In this document: one piece after another, positions 1 to 10,140 of the stretch | Layout of the letters: the number at the start of each line of letters is the position of its first letter | Position numbering within the stretch: the first letter of the stretch is position 1 | Source of the DNA: Octopus bimaculoides | Lineage: Eukaryota | Reading direction: 5' to 3' | DNA: 33,530 nucleotides | Assembly: GCF_001194135.2 (NCBI RefSeq) | Contig: NC_069006.1 | Coordinates: 13,714,124 to 13,747,653 of the forward strand | Notes under the pieces: generated by a model | What the model was told of the DNA's origin: nothing | Database searches by the model: none | Seen by the model: only the letters and a program-made list of their open reading frames with translations | Made by a program: the position numbers and the translations under genes

Positions 1-873
1 ATTTCAATCATTAAACAAAACTTCAGAAGTTTTTTTTTTTCTTTTTTATTTTCAGAAATAGGTATCCTTTTTTTTCTTCTAAAAAGCTGTAATTATAATA
101 AATCCTTCAACGAAACCCCAGATATTAGGATTCAGAATATACATATTTATAGTGAGTGAATGGTAGAATTGTGGCATTTTGTTACGACTCTTCATGTTCT
201 AAGTTCAAATCCTGCCCAGGTCACTTTGTCTTACATCAGTCGTGGGCAACCTTTTATTTTATTTTTTTTTTTTTTCCCAGAAGTGGGGCCACATGAGACA
301 TGGTTTATTAGGTGGGCTGCAAGAACAAGGTCATTTTACTTAGGTGTGCTGTTCAGAAAGTCTTGAAGATTGCAGTTTGCCTATGACTTGATGGTTGAAA
401 AATTTACATGTTTATTTATCATATATGATGCGTGGATACCAGAGAAAAGAAGGGTTGAAATTAACAAAAGCCGACAAATGTATGTGTGAGTGTGGGATAG
501 AATATACTCAATTAGAATCGCACCCCTCAGTAGATTACTGGTTCTTTATTTTATCAACACTGCTAAAGTCAACCTCAACAGGTTTCAAACTCAAAAGTTA
601 AAAAAGTCCTAATTTAATACCACAAGGCATTTTGTCCACTGCTCCAACAATTCTACCAACACACCATTCTTCATAAATATAAATTAAATGATAATTAACA
701 GTTTATAATTAACTATTCTTCATTGTTTTCACCATTTTTTATCAGTCGTAGAATCTGAAGATGAAATAGAAATCCACATGTCAGATATTTTGCCACTTGG
801 TACCAGCTTTGGTTTCTTATAAAAGAAACCTGTTACTGTTCTAAATAGATTTTGGTGGAATGGTGCTGATGTT

Positions 874-974
874 TTATGCCACTTGCCATTTCTGGAAGAA
901 GTCATTCCCTTTGTTGTCAACAACGATGAAAGCAGGAAAATTTTCTACTTCGACTTTCCAGATAGCTTCCATGC
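874..974 (-). CDS. Class I fumarase exon 12 (stop)
   Basis: tctcag|GC ATG..; [33 protein letters not shown]. Confidence 0.95.
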
Positions 975-3900
975 CTGAGAGGAGAAGATGAGATGATGAA
1001 TAGAGAAATACAGATATTTTTAAGAGTCACAAAAACAGATATTTAAAGATGAGAGAGACAGACAAACAAACAGAAACTGTGATTGTGTGTGTATGCTTGA
1101 ATGTGGGGATACAGTATGTCTTTTAGGTGTCTGGGGGAGAGAGAAATAGAAAAGAGAGATATTTAGTTATTTACAACTGAATTCACTCAGGAAGCTTTGA
1201 TCAGCCTGGGGCTAATATAGAAGGTATTGCCCAAGGCGCCGTGCAGTGGGACTGAACCAGGGCCTATGTGGCTGGGAAGCAAATGTCATACCACACAGCC
1301 ATGCCTGTACTAACTTAATTGGACAGACATACAGGTTAGCAGACTGATAGACACACAAACAAAAAATGGAGGTGGAAGAAGAAAGAGGAATGATGTAGGA
1401 AAGTGGTGGGAACAGACAAGCTGGACTTACCTAATTCTGGGTATTCTAATACTTCGACTTTCTTAATACAGTTCTCAGCCAAGATGGCAGCTGGTCCTCC
1501 AATGGAACCAAGGTAGAAGCCACCATGTTGTTTACAGGATCTGGTTACCTGACAGGAGAGAAGAAAAAGGGAAGAAGTTAAAAATGATAGTGGGGAGTGA
1601 TTGAGAGAGAGAGAGTATCATTATAAATAAAGAGGGAGGGGGGTTGATGTGGGGATGGTAATGAGATAGCTACCTGACAGAGATGAGAGCGATGGAAAGG
1701 AATGATATGAAATAGAGAGAGTGTATCATTATATATGGAGAGAGGGAAGTTAATGTGGGTGGAGCAGTGAGATGGTCATCTGACAGGAGGCGGAGAGAGA
1801 TTGAGAGAGTATTATTATATATAAATAGAGAGGGAGGGAGGTTGATAGGGGCAGGGCAATAAGATGTTAACCTGAGAAGAGAGTGATTGAGAGAGAGAGA
1901 GAGAGAGAGAATCATTGCATATATGAAAATACAACGCATACAAAAGTACACATATTCACTTACATTCACCAACTTATACACACACATGCATACAGACAAA
2001 TACACATATGGACTGACCTGTTTGCTTCTGTTTCCTTTAGCTAACATCACCATACTTCCGCCATTTGACTGTAACAGATCGACATAAGAATCCATACGTC
2101 CAGCAGTTGTAGGGCCGAAAGATCCACTGGCGTAACCCTGATGAGATAAAGTACAATACATGGGTACAGAATTTACAACAAATACAAAACAAACAATTTC
2201 ATCATCATCATTGCTGCCACCAGCACCAGCATCGTCAAAGTAGTGAGACTATGGATTTGGTTCCCGCAATGAAGAGGGAACCAGGCTGCTGGAGTTCTGC
2301 GATGCAAATGATCTTATGGTTTGCAATATTAACTTCAGAAAACCTGCCAGTCACCTAGACACCTACCGTTCTGGCAGACACACTAGCCAAATTGACTACA
2401 TCCTCGCCAGGAAAAGGGAAAGATGGCTGCTTATAAATGCCAAAACCTTCCCAGGCGAAGAATGTATCCCACAACATAGACTAGTAGTAAGCGACTTCAG
2501 GATCAGGGCTAAATGGATGCCCGGAAGATGACCGGAATGGAGGAGAAGGATCTGGAAGCTTAAAGATCCTGTGAATGGACAGATTTAGAGACGTATTAGT
2601 CAAATCCTTTGACGAAATAGAAGGGGATATAGCATCACATGATGTGGAAGACAACTGGAGGTTTCTATGGGACAACCTGCTGAGGGCCACTGACCAGATC
2701 TGTGAATGGTGCAAAGTCCCTTCTCGACCCAAGGTAACGTGAAAGGTGCTTTTTATGTGCCACTGACATGGGTGGCAGCTGCGTGACACCGGTATCTGCC
2801 ATGACTACGATTTCACTTGGCTTGATGGGTCTTCTACTCAAGCATGGCATAACGCCAGAAAGAAAAAAATCGAAGAAAAAAGACTAAAGGAAAAAAAAAG
2901 AGGTTACAAAGGTGTGCTTTTCACCTCAGGGGTTTTGGCAGGTCCTGCATAATAGACAGGATGGTCTCTCATATACTGGGGGAGGCCTTCTCCGCTGTCA
3001 ATTCTCTCCTTTAACTTGGCATGAGCAATATCTCTGGCAACAATCAGCGTTCCGCTGAGAGACAGTCTAGTCTTGATAGGGTAAGAATCCAGGACTGAAA
3101 GCATATCCTTCATTGGTTGGTTCATGTCAATCTAATTAAGAAAAATTAAAACTATTAGAACTAATTATTGTTTTTTTTTTTTTAATGAAATGTGAAAAAA
3201 CAGAATGAAACTAAATTGATAATATAAATGATTATGGTGGTAGTGATGGTGATGATGATAGCCAACTCCCCTTCCATCTAGCATTTTAAAATAGTATATA
3301 AAAACTAATACCCCATCAGTTAAGAGGATGAGTGTGCCCCAGTTGATCCAATCAATGGAACAGCCTGCTCATGAAATTAAAATGCAAGTGGCTGAGTACC
3401 CCACAGACATGCATACTCTTAATGTAGTTCTCAGGGAGATTTAGCATGACAGAATGTGACAAGGCTGGTGCTTTTGAAACACATGTAATACTCATTTTTG
3501 CCAGCTGAGTGGACTGGAGCAAGGACACAATGTGCCACCAGGAATTGAACTGATGACCTTGTGATTGTGAAATGAGTACCCTAACCACTAAACCATGTAC
3601 CTTCACCCATAGTATTCAATAAACAAAGTGAAGTAACAAAAACTCAAAGGAAATCACACACACATACATATGTCGTCGTCACCACCACCACCACTGCTAC
3701 CATCGTCATCATCATCATCAAACATCTGTTTTCCATGCTGTCATGAGTTGGACAGTTTGACCAAAGCTGGCAAGCTACACTAGATTCCAGTCTGATTTCA
3801 CTTGGTTTCTATGGTTGGATGCCCTTCCCAAACACCAACCACTTTACAGTGTGTGCTAGGTGCATTTAACATGGTACCGTCACATCCTCTTCACTAGGAG

Positions 3901-6900
3901 AAGTGGCCTTAACGCTTCTGCTATGGAGGACAGGTCTTCTTGAGTACAGCCAGGGGCTATCTCAGTCATTTGTCATCTCGTCTGACAGTTTCATACATTA
4001 CACACAAAGACAAACACACACATAACACACCTGTACTACATCTCCGCCCAAACTTAAATCAGTGACCTCAGGTAGGTATTTGTGTGGGTTGGTTTCCAGT
4101 TGTTCCAGAAAGATTCCATCTTCGTTGATCCGTGCATTAACCTTGGAAAAATCGAAATAGATAAATAGATAAATAAATAAACACAAATTTTAGTAAATTC
4201 TTTCAGTTAATTACTCAATTAATCAACAAGAAGCAGACATCAAAGATCCATAGAACAAAGAGATAATAATTATTTCTTTATTGCCCACAGAGGGCTAAAA
4301 CATGGAAGGGACAAACAAGAAGACAAGGGGATTAAGTCAATTACATCTGCTTACTTGTCTGTCAGCAGAACAAGAAACACCAATGCCTACAGGACAGGAG
4401 GCTCCGTGGCGGGGTAACCGAATAACCCTCACGTCATGACAGAAGTACTTGCCGCCAAACTGTGCCCCAATGCCCATCTGTTGCGTTAACTTGTGCAGTT
4501 CTTTCTCTAGTTCAACATCACGAAATGCACGGCCAAATTCATTACCTGCAGAAGATAAAAATGAGATGATGATAATAATAATAATCATCATCATCGTTTA
4601 ACGTCCACTTTCCATGCTAGCATGGGTTGGACGATTTGACTGAGGACTGGTGAACCAGATGGCTACACCAGGCTCCAATCTGATTTGGCAGAGTTTCTAC
4701 AGCTGGATGCCCTTCCTAACGCCAACCACTCAGAGTGTTGTTAAATAATAATAATAAATACCAGGTAGTGGCTCTCATGGCTGCTGATCTTAATTGATTT
4801 GAAGTTAAGATGATGATGATGATGATGATGACAATGAGAGATAATGATTATGAGAGGTGATGATGATGATGAAGAAAGAGATGATGATGAGAGAAGTGAT
4901 GATAGAGATGATGATGGTGAGAGGGATGACAATGATAATCGTCACTATCATTGTCATCTTCACCATAATTATCATAGTGATGACACTGATGGTGGTTATG
5001 GTGATGACAATCATCTTGATGATGATTATGATAATGATGACAATGATAATGGCGATGATCATCATCACTATGATAGTGACAGATAGCAATTATGACCATG
5101 ATGATGAGGATGATAGTGATGATCATTATTGTCATCATGATGACGGCAGTAGTGATGCTGATGAAGAGGAGGATATTGATGATGAGGATGATGACGACAA
5201 CGCAGCCAATGACAACAATGATGAAGGTCTTGATTATGATAAAAATGATGATGATGACGACACTGTTCATGACAATGATGACGACGATGCTGATTGTGAT
5301 GGTCACAAAAGAAGGCATCCAGAGTACCAACCTGATGTATGTAGTGTATCTAAATACCGACAGGATGCCAGCTTCACGGTCTTCAGATTATACTCGGCAG
5401 ATGTCCCACCAATGACAACAGCTAAATGGTACGGAGGGCAGGCAGCAGTGCCAAGGGTCTTTGAAAAATAAAAATAGACACTATAAAAATATTACAAAAA
5501 AAAAAAAAAGACGAAACCAACAAGATTGTCTTAAAAATATCGCAACATCTGGTTAAAGATGAGTCATGGTGTCAATGTGTTAATCCTGTAGCATTTAAAT
5601 GACCATATCCGGCCAAAATATTCTGCCCGTTTTATCATCAAACCAGCAAGATATAACCTCTCACATCTACTCTACAATATGGTTCTAAAAATAAACAATC
5701 AGTAGTTCTTGAAGTTTGCATTTTTCACTCCACCTTACTGTACAAAGATGTTACACATGTTATGATTCATTATTTGGCATGTTCTCAGCACAAGAAAATA
5801 TTAGCAGCACATAACATGTACCATGTCTATTAAATAATATTCATCTCTCACTAGATGGAGTACTTTTTTTGTTAATCTTACCATCACAGAACGGTACGTT
5901 ATATACACACACACATACGACGGGTTCCTTTGGATTCTGCCTATCTATTCTGCTAAATATTTCATAAACAAAATATTGTAAGATAACAAATTTTACCTTA
6001 ATCTTTTCGTCAAAGAATTGGAGAAGTTTTTCAGGATTAAGGAGGGCTTTGGTTTGTTGGAAAAGAAATGTCTTGTTGGCAGAACCACCACCTTTAGCTA
6101 AGAAGAGAAAGTCATAATGATTGCTGTTGGTGGAATAGATTTCAATCTGAGCAGGTAGGTTGGTACCAGTGTTGACTTCTTTGTACATGTCTAATGGCGC
6201 CACCTGGAAGTATACAAAGAAATAATAACAACAATGATAATGATAATAATAATATTCCTTTCTACTATAGGTTCAAGGCTTGAAGTTTTGGGCAGGAGAG
6301 TAGTCATCATCATAATCATTATCATCATCGTTTAACGTCCGCTTTCCATGCTAGCATGGGTTGGACGATTTGACTGAGGACTGGTGAAACCAGATGGCTA
6401 CACCAGGCCCCAATCTGATCTGGCAAGGTTTCTACAGCTGGATGCCCTTCCTAACGCCAACCACNNNNNNNNNNNNNNNNNNNNNNNNNNNNNNNNNNNN
6501 NNNNNNNNNNNNNNNNNNNNNNNNNNNNNNNNNNNNNNNNNNNNNNNNNNNNNNNNNNNNNNNNNNNNNNNNNNNNNNNNNNNNNNNNNNNNNNNNNNNN
6601 NNNNNNNNNNNNNNNNNNNNNNNNNNNNNNNNNNNNNNNNNNNNNNNNNNNNNNNNNNNNNNNNNNNNNNNNNNNNNNNNNNNNNNNNNNNNNNNNNNNN
6701 NNNNNNNNNNNNNNNNNNNNNNNNNNNNNNNNNNNNNNNNNNNNNNNNNNNNNNNNNNNNNNNNNNNNNNNNNNACTTCATCCGGTTCCCCAGTTGTCCA
6801 CACATATTGTCCTTTCTTGCCTAAATAGGAGAAGCAAAAACAAAAAAAAATAAATAAGGAAAACATGCATATCGTAAATTGTTCCGTGTGAAAGCATTGT

Positions 6901-9900
6901 AGTAAGAAGCTTGTTTTCCAACCACACGGTTCCAGGTTGTATGTATGTATGAATGGTAAAAAGCTTGCTTTCCAACCACATGGCTCTGGGTTCAGTCCCA
7001 CTGTGTGGCACATTGGGGAAGTGTCTTCTACTATAGCCTCAGGTTGACCGAAACCTTGGGAGTGGATTTGGTGGATGGAAACTGAAAAATGCCCATCATG
7101 TGTGTGTGTGTGTGTGTGAGTTTTTGTGTCTGTATTTGTTGTCCCCCTCACCCACCACCACCACCACTTGACAACTGTTGTTGTTGTTGTTGTTAGTGTG
7201 TTTATGTCCTTGTAACTTATCGTTTCAGCAAAAGAGACCGATAGAATAAGTTGCCAATGCTGCTGGACTGGCTCCTGTGCAGGTGGCATGTAAAAAACAC
7301 CATTTGGACGTGGCCATTGCCAGTACCGCCTGACCGGCCCTCGTGCCGGTGGCACGTAAAAGCAGCCACTACACTCTCGGAGTGGTTGGCGTTAGGAAGA
7401 GCAACCCATGCCAGCATGGAAAGCGGATGTTAAATGACACTGACGATATATGATGCATCTCATATTGGCACTTACCCATACAGATAGCCGTTCCTGTATC
7501 CTGACAGCCTGGCAGTACCATATTGGCAGCAATGTTGGCATTCTTTAGCAACTCCAGGGCTACAAATTTGTCGTTTTTCGAAGCTTCTGGATCCTTGAGA
7601 ATATTTGATAATTGCTGAAAAATTAGACAAAAAGAGACCAATAAATACGTAATACATATGCACAAACCATACATTTCCACATACATATATACATATATGA
7701 GAAGCTTACTTTCAAAACTGGTATAAGTGCATATTTGGTTGATTTCATGATAACTCTTAAAACACAACCTGAAAGCTGCTGGCTTCCTGCACGCGAAATT
7801 CTTTTGAGTCAAACTGGGATAGATGCCATATAGAGATTAGGTAAATCTTTAGACTTTCAATCAAAATCAGATATATTGAAGTTGTTGTTTTAAACAATCA
7901 CTCGAAAGTCATTCTGATGCATATATCCGATTTTGAAAGTAAGTTCATATGTATGTATATGTGTGTGTGTGTATTTACAAACACACACACACACATATGA
8001 TGGTGGTGATGATGATGACGACAAACACACATATGTATATACTTACATATATATGTATACAGGGCACCACCTTGGAGGATTTTAGTTGAATGAATTGAAC
8101 CCCAGCACTGTTTTTTATTAAGTCAGGTACTTCTTATTCTATCTGTCAGTATAACTGGCTTTGAAGTCAGGTACTTATTCTGTCTCTATAACTGGTTTTG
8201 AAAGTAAGTTCATATGTATGTGTGTGTATATACATACACACACATACATACATCACATACAAGCATACATACAAACATACATACATTGTGCATTGTCTCC
8301 TTGAGCAAGAACACTTTATTTCCTATAGTAAAGATTGTTTGCCAACATAACATGGCAGTCCCGGTCTAGGACGAATGTTGCTGTAATTTAGCCCCAGCAG
8401 ACATTGTCTCCAGCTGGCTATATGACACGATCTGTATCCTTACATTTTCGAACGACCACCACACTTGAATGGTGCTTTTTTATTTCTGTATTTCTTGTTG
8501 CACCAGTTTATTCAGCTGGCAAAAGTGAGTTGTACCAGTAATTCATAAGGGTCATGCTGAATCTCTCTAAGAACTATAGTAAAGCTACATGTGTCTGCAC
8601 TTGCACATTAATTCCACGACCAGGCTGTTCCGTTGATTGGATATCAACTACAACACTCATTCCAATTCACTATTTTGCTTGTGTGAACCTCAAAAATCTG
8701 ATAAGGACCCTGGTTGAAATCTACTACAGTAGAAAAAATAAAAGAACAAGAGACTGTAAGAATAGTTACCTGTAGATGACCTGGCCTCAGTAGGTGTTCA
8801 ATGTCCACGATGGCCTTCTCTGCCAAAAGAGTCAGTGCTTGTGAATCAATTTGCAGCACCTTCTTACCATTGACGTTGACTGTTTCTACATAATCACCTG
8901 TACAGGTGAGAGTGGAAAAAAACAGGAATATAATGACCTGGTCACACCATGCCAGCATGGAAAGCAGACATGTCTAGTTAAAAAAGAAGCTATATCCAAC
9001 TACTTCGAACAAAGTCTGAGAGTAAATAAAAAATATTCAATCCATAAATGTCAGTCCAACAAAATATATATTTGGTAGTTTCTTATTTCTTTACTGCCCA
9101 CAAGGGGCTACACACAGAGGGGACAAACAAGGACAGACAAACGGATTAAGTTGATTATATCAACCCCAATGCGTAACTAGTTTTAAGGGTATCGTGTACC
9201 GTCCACCAAATCCACTCACAAGGCTTTGGTCGGCCCGAAGCTATAGTAGAAGACACTTGCACAAGGTGCCATGCAGTGGGGACTGAACCCAGAACCATGT
9301 GGTTGGTAAGCAAGCTACTTACTACACAGCCACTCCTGGTCAGTCACAAAGACTACCGCATAAACTTGCACTTATGTTTAGTGGCTTGCTGTATTCTTTT
9401 TCAGTTCAATCTACCATTCCTTTTTACCCATAACCAAAATGAGCTCTTTTCCGTTCTCTCAATACATATGAAAACATGAAGAAGCACCAAAATCTTTTAA
9501 GTGCTTAGGGCCTCTATCGGTCTTAATCTAGCCTAGTATCCAGGGGTTGACGATGATGATGATTAACATTCATAAATATCACATTCATTTAAGTCCAGGA
9601 TGACCTAATGAGTTGGATAAAATAAACACTAGAGAAAGTACTGAGGTCAATAGAATTAATAACTAAACCCCTCCTTGAAGACAGTGCTCCAGCATGGTCA
9701 GCGCCCAAAGAATGAAATTGGTAAAAGAAATACAAAGATAAAATGCTACAAACCTGAAATTTTCTTCCATGGAATCTCTGGTTTTGATTCAAAGTCCATT
9801 ATGTCTTGGAAGATGAAGGGTTTTGCAGTGGCAGCTTTTGCCAATGTCCGTTTTAAGTGTAGAAAGTGGCGGGCGGCAACAGATCTTCGGCCAAAGTGTG

Positions 9901-9925
9901 ATAGCCATCGGGAACAGCACAACAT
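874..9925 (-). CDS. fumA: Class I (Fe-S) fumarate hydratase, FumA/FumB-type, single chain, probably mitochondrial; 12 coding exons, about 573 aa predicted
   Basis: GT-AG exons join in phase: 9925-9754, 8897-8770, 7614-7476, 6820-(gap), 6203-5997, 5458-5332, 4545-4355, 4141-4031, 3131-2925, 2137-2018, 1548-1431, 974-874. Family motifs: [127 protein letters not shown]. The symbol is the bacterial family name. Confidence 0.95.
1185..1310 (-). mobile_element. tRNA-derived SINE family B
   Basis: GCCCAAGG.GCC..GCAGTGGGACTGAACC..ACCACACAGCC, the reverse complement of the SINE head. Confidence 0.75.
1431..1548 (-). CDS. Class I fumarase exon 11
   Basis: tgtcag|..G|gtaagt; [39 protein letters not shown]. 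Confidence 0.95.
2018..2137 (-). CDS. Class I fumarase exon 10
   Basis: catcag|..CAG|gtcagt; [40 protein letters not shown]. Confidence 0.95.
2247..2742 (+). mobile_element. RTE-clade LINE fragment (end of AP endonuclease plus linker), inactive, in the fumarase exon 9-10 intron
   Basis: [55 protein letters not shown], followed by a frameshifted WKLKD..EDNWRFL segment ending in a stop. Confidence 0.85.
2925..3131 (-). CDS. Class I fumarase exon 9
   Basis: aattag|..GAG|gtgaaa; [41 protein letters not shown]. Confidence 0.95.
3700..3870 (-). mobile_element. Diverged SINE family A copy
   Basis: TTTTCCATGCTGTCATGAGTTGGACAG..GGATGCCCTTCCCAAACACCAACCAC. Confidence 0.7.
4031..4141 (-). CDS. Class I fumarase exon 8
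   Basis: tccaag|..CAG|gtgtgt; [37 protein letters not shown]. Confidence 0.93.
4355..4545 (-). CDS. Class I fumarase exon 7 (third cluster Cys)
   Basis: ctgcag|..CAA|gtaagc; [50 protein letters not shown]. Confidence 0.95.
4585..4738 (-). mobile_element. SINE family A ((GAT)n tail)
   Basis: (CAT)n-CGTTTAACGTCC.CTTTCCATGCTAGCATGGGTTGGACG..GATGCCCTTCCTAACGCCAACCAC; near-identical copies at 6322, 14400 and 30566. Confidence 0.85.
4800..5300. repeat. Degenerate (GAT)n trinucleotide tract
   Basis: About 500 bp of GAT/GAC/CAT variants in the fumarase exon 6-7 intron. Confidence 0.9.
5332..5458 (-). CDS. Class I fumarase exon 6 (second cluster Cys)
   Basis: tcaaag|..G|gttggt; [42 protein letters not shown] (absent from the ORF track). 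Confidence 0.95.
5997..6203 (-). CDS. Class I fumarase exon 5
   Basis: ttccag|..AAG|gtaaaa; [57 protein letters not shown]. Confidence 0.95.
6322..6464 (-). mobile_element. SINE family A copy, cut by gap
   Basis: Near-identical to 4585-4738. Confidence 0.85.
6775..6820 (-). CDS. Class I fumarase exon 4, visible part (rest in gap 6465-6774)
   Basis: atttag|GC AAG AAA GGA..; [15 protein letters not shown], phase 1 matches exon 3. Confidence 0.85.
6890..7255 (+). mobile_element. tRNA-derived SINE family B (duplicated head)
   Basis: TGGTAAAAAGCTTGC (A-box-like) ..GGGTTCAGTCCC (B-box-like) ..GGGGAAGTGTCTTCTACTATAGC, internal (TG)n; the head is partly repeated at 6895-6940. Confidence 0.8.
7255..7440 (+). 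mobile_element. SINE family A copy with internal deletion
   Basis: GGAGTGGTTGGCGTTAGGAAG joined directly to ACCCATGCCAGCATGGAAAGCGGATGTTAAATGA. Confidence 0.7.
7476..7614 (-). CDS. Class I fumarase exon 3 (first cluster Cys)
   Basis: tttcag|..G|gtaagt; [46 protein letters not shown]. Confidence 0.95.
8770..8897 (-). CDS. Class I fumarase exon 2
   Basis: tacag|GT..CAG|gtaact; [43 protein letters not shown]. Confidence 0.92.
9190..9335 (-). mobile_element. tRNA-derived SINE family B
   Basis: CTATAGTAGAAGACACTTGC..GGGACTGAACCCAGAACCATGTGGTTGG..ACACAGCC. Confidence 0.8.
9754..9925 (-). CDS. Class I fumarase coding exon 1 (start codon and presequence)
   Basis: ttttag|ATG...TCA G|gtttgt; [57 protein letters not shown]; phase 1 joins exon 2. 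Confidence 0.85.
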
Positions 9926-9927
9926 CT

Positions 9928-10140
9928 AAAGAGAGAGAGTGAGAGAGTGAAACAGATAGATAGATAGATAGACAGACAGACATGACAGAGAGATAGATAG
10001 ATAGACAGACAAAAGGAGATAGATAATAGATAGATAGATAGATGGATACACAAAAGGATAAATAGATAGATAGATAGATGGATAGACAGAGGGACAGATA
10101 AATAATTTAGATAGACAGACAGAAGAACAGATAGATAGAT
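9928..10140. repeat. (GA)n/(GATA)n/(GACA)n microsatellite just upstream of the fumarase ATG exon
   Basis: Direct sequence. Confidence 0.9.

Noticed and set aside
4640-4665. CTGAGGA..GAAA motif in SINE family A (also at 6375 and 30628)
   Set aside because: GAAA, where present, sits in the hairpin loop rather than after stem II, and there is no stem III or cleavage site
4741-5471. Overlapping poly-M/I/D/H ORFs on both strands
   Set aside because: Frames of a (GAT)n tract are stop-poor. The only real coding part is fumarase exon 6 on the minus strand.
874-9925. Bacterial contamination or recent horizontal transfer of fumA
   Set aside because: Eleven canonical introns filled with host repeats, a presequence, and physical linkage to LSG1
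9675-9929. 84-aa plus-strand ORF
   Set aside because: Antisense shadow of fumarase exon 1 plus a SINE tail
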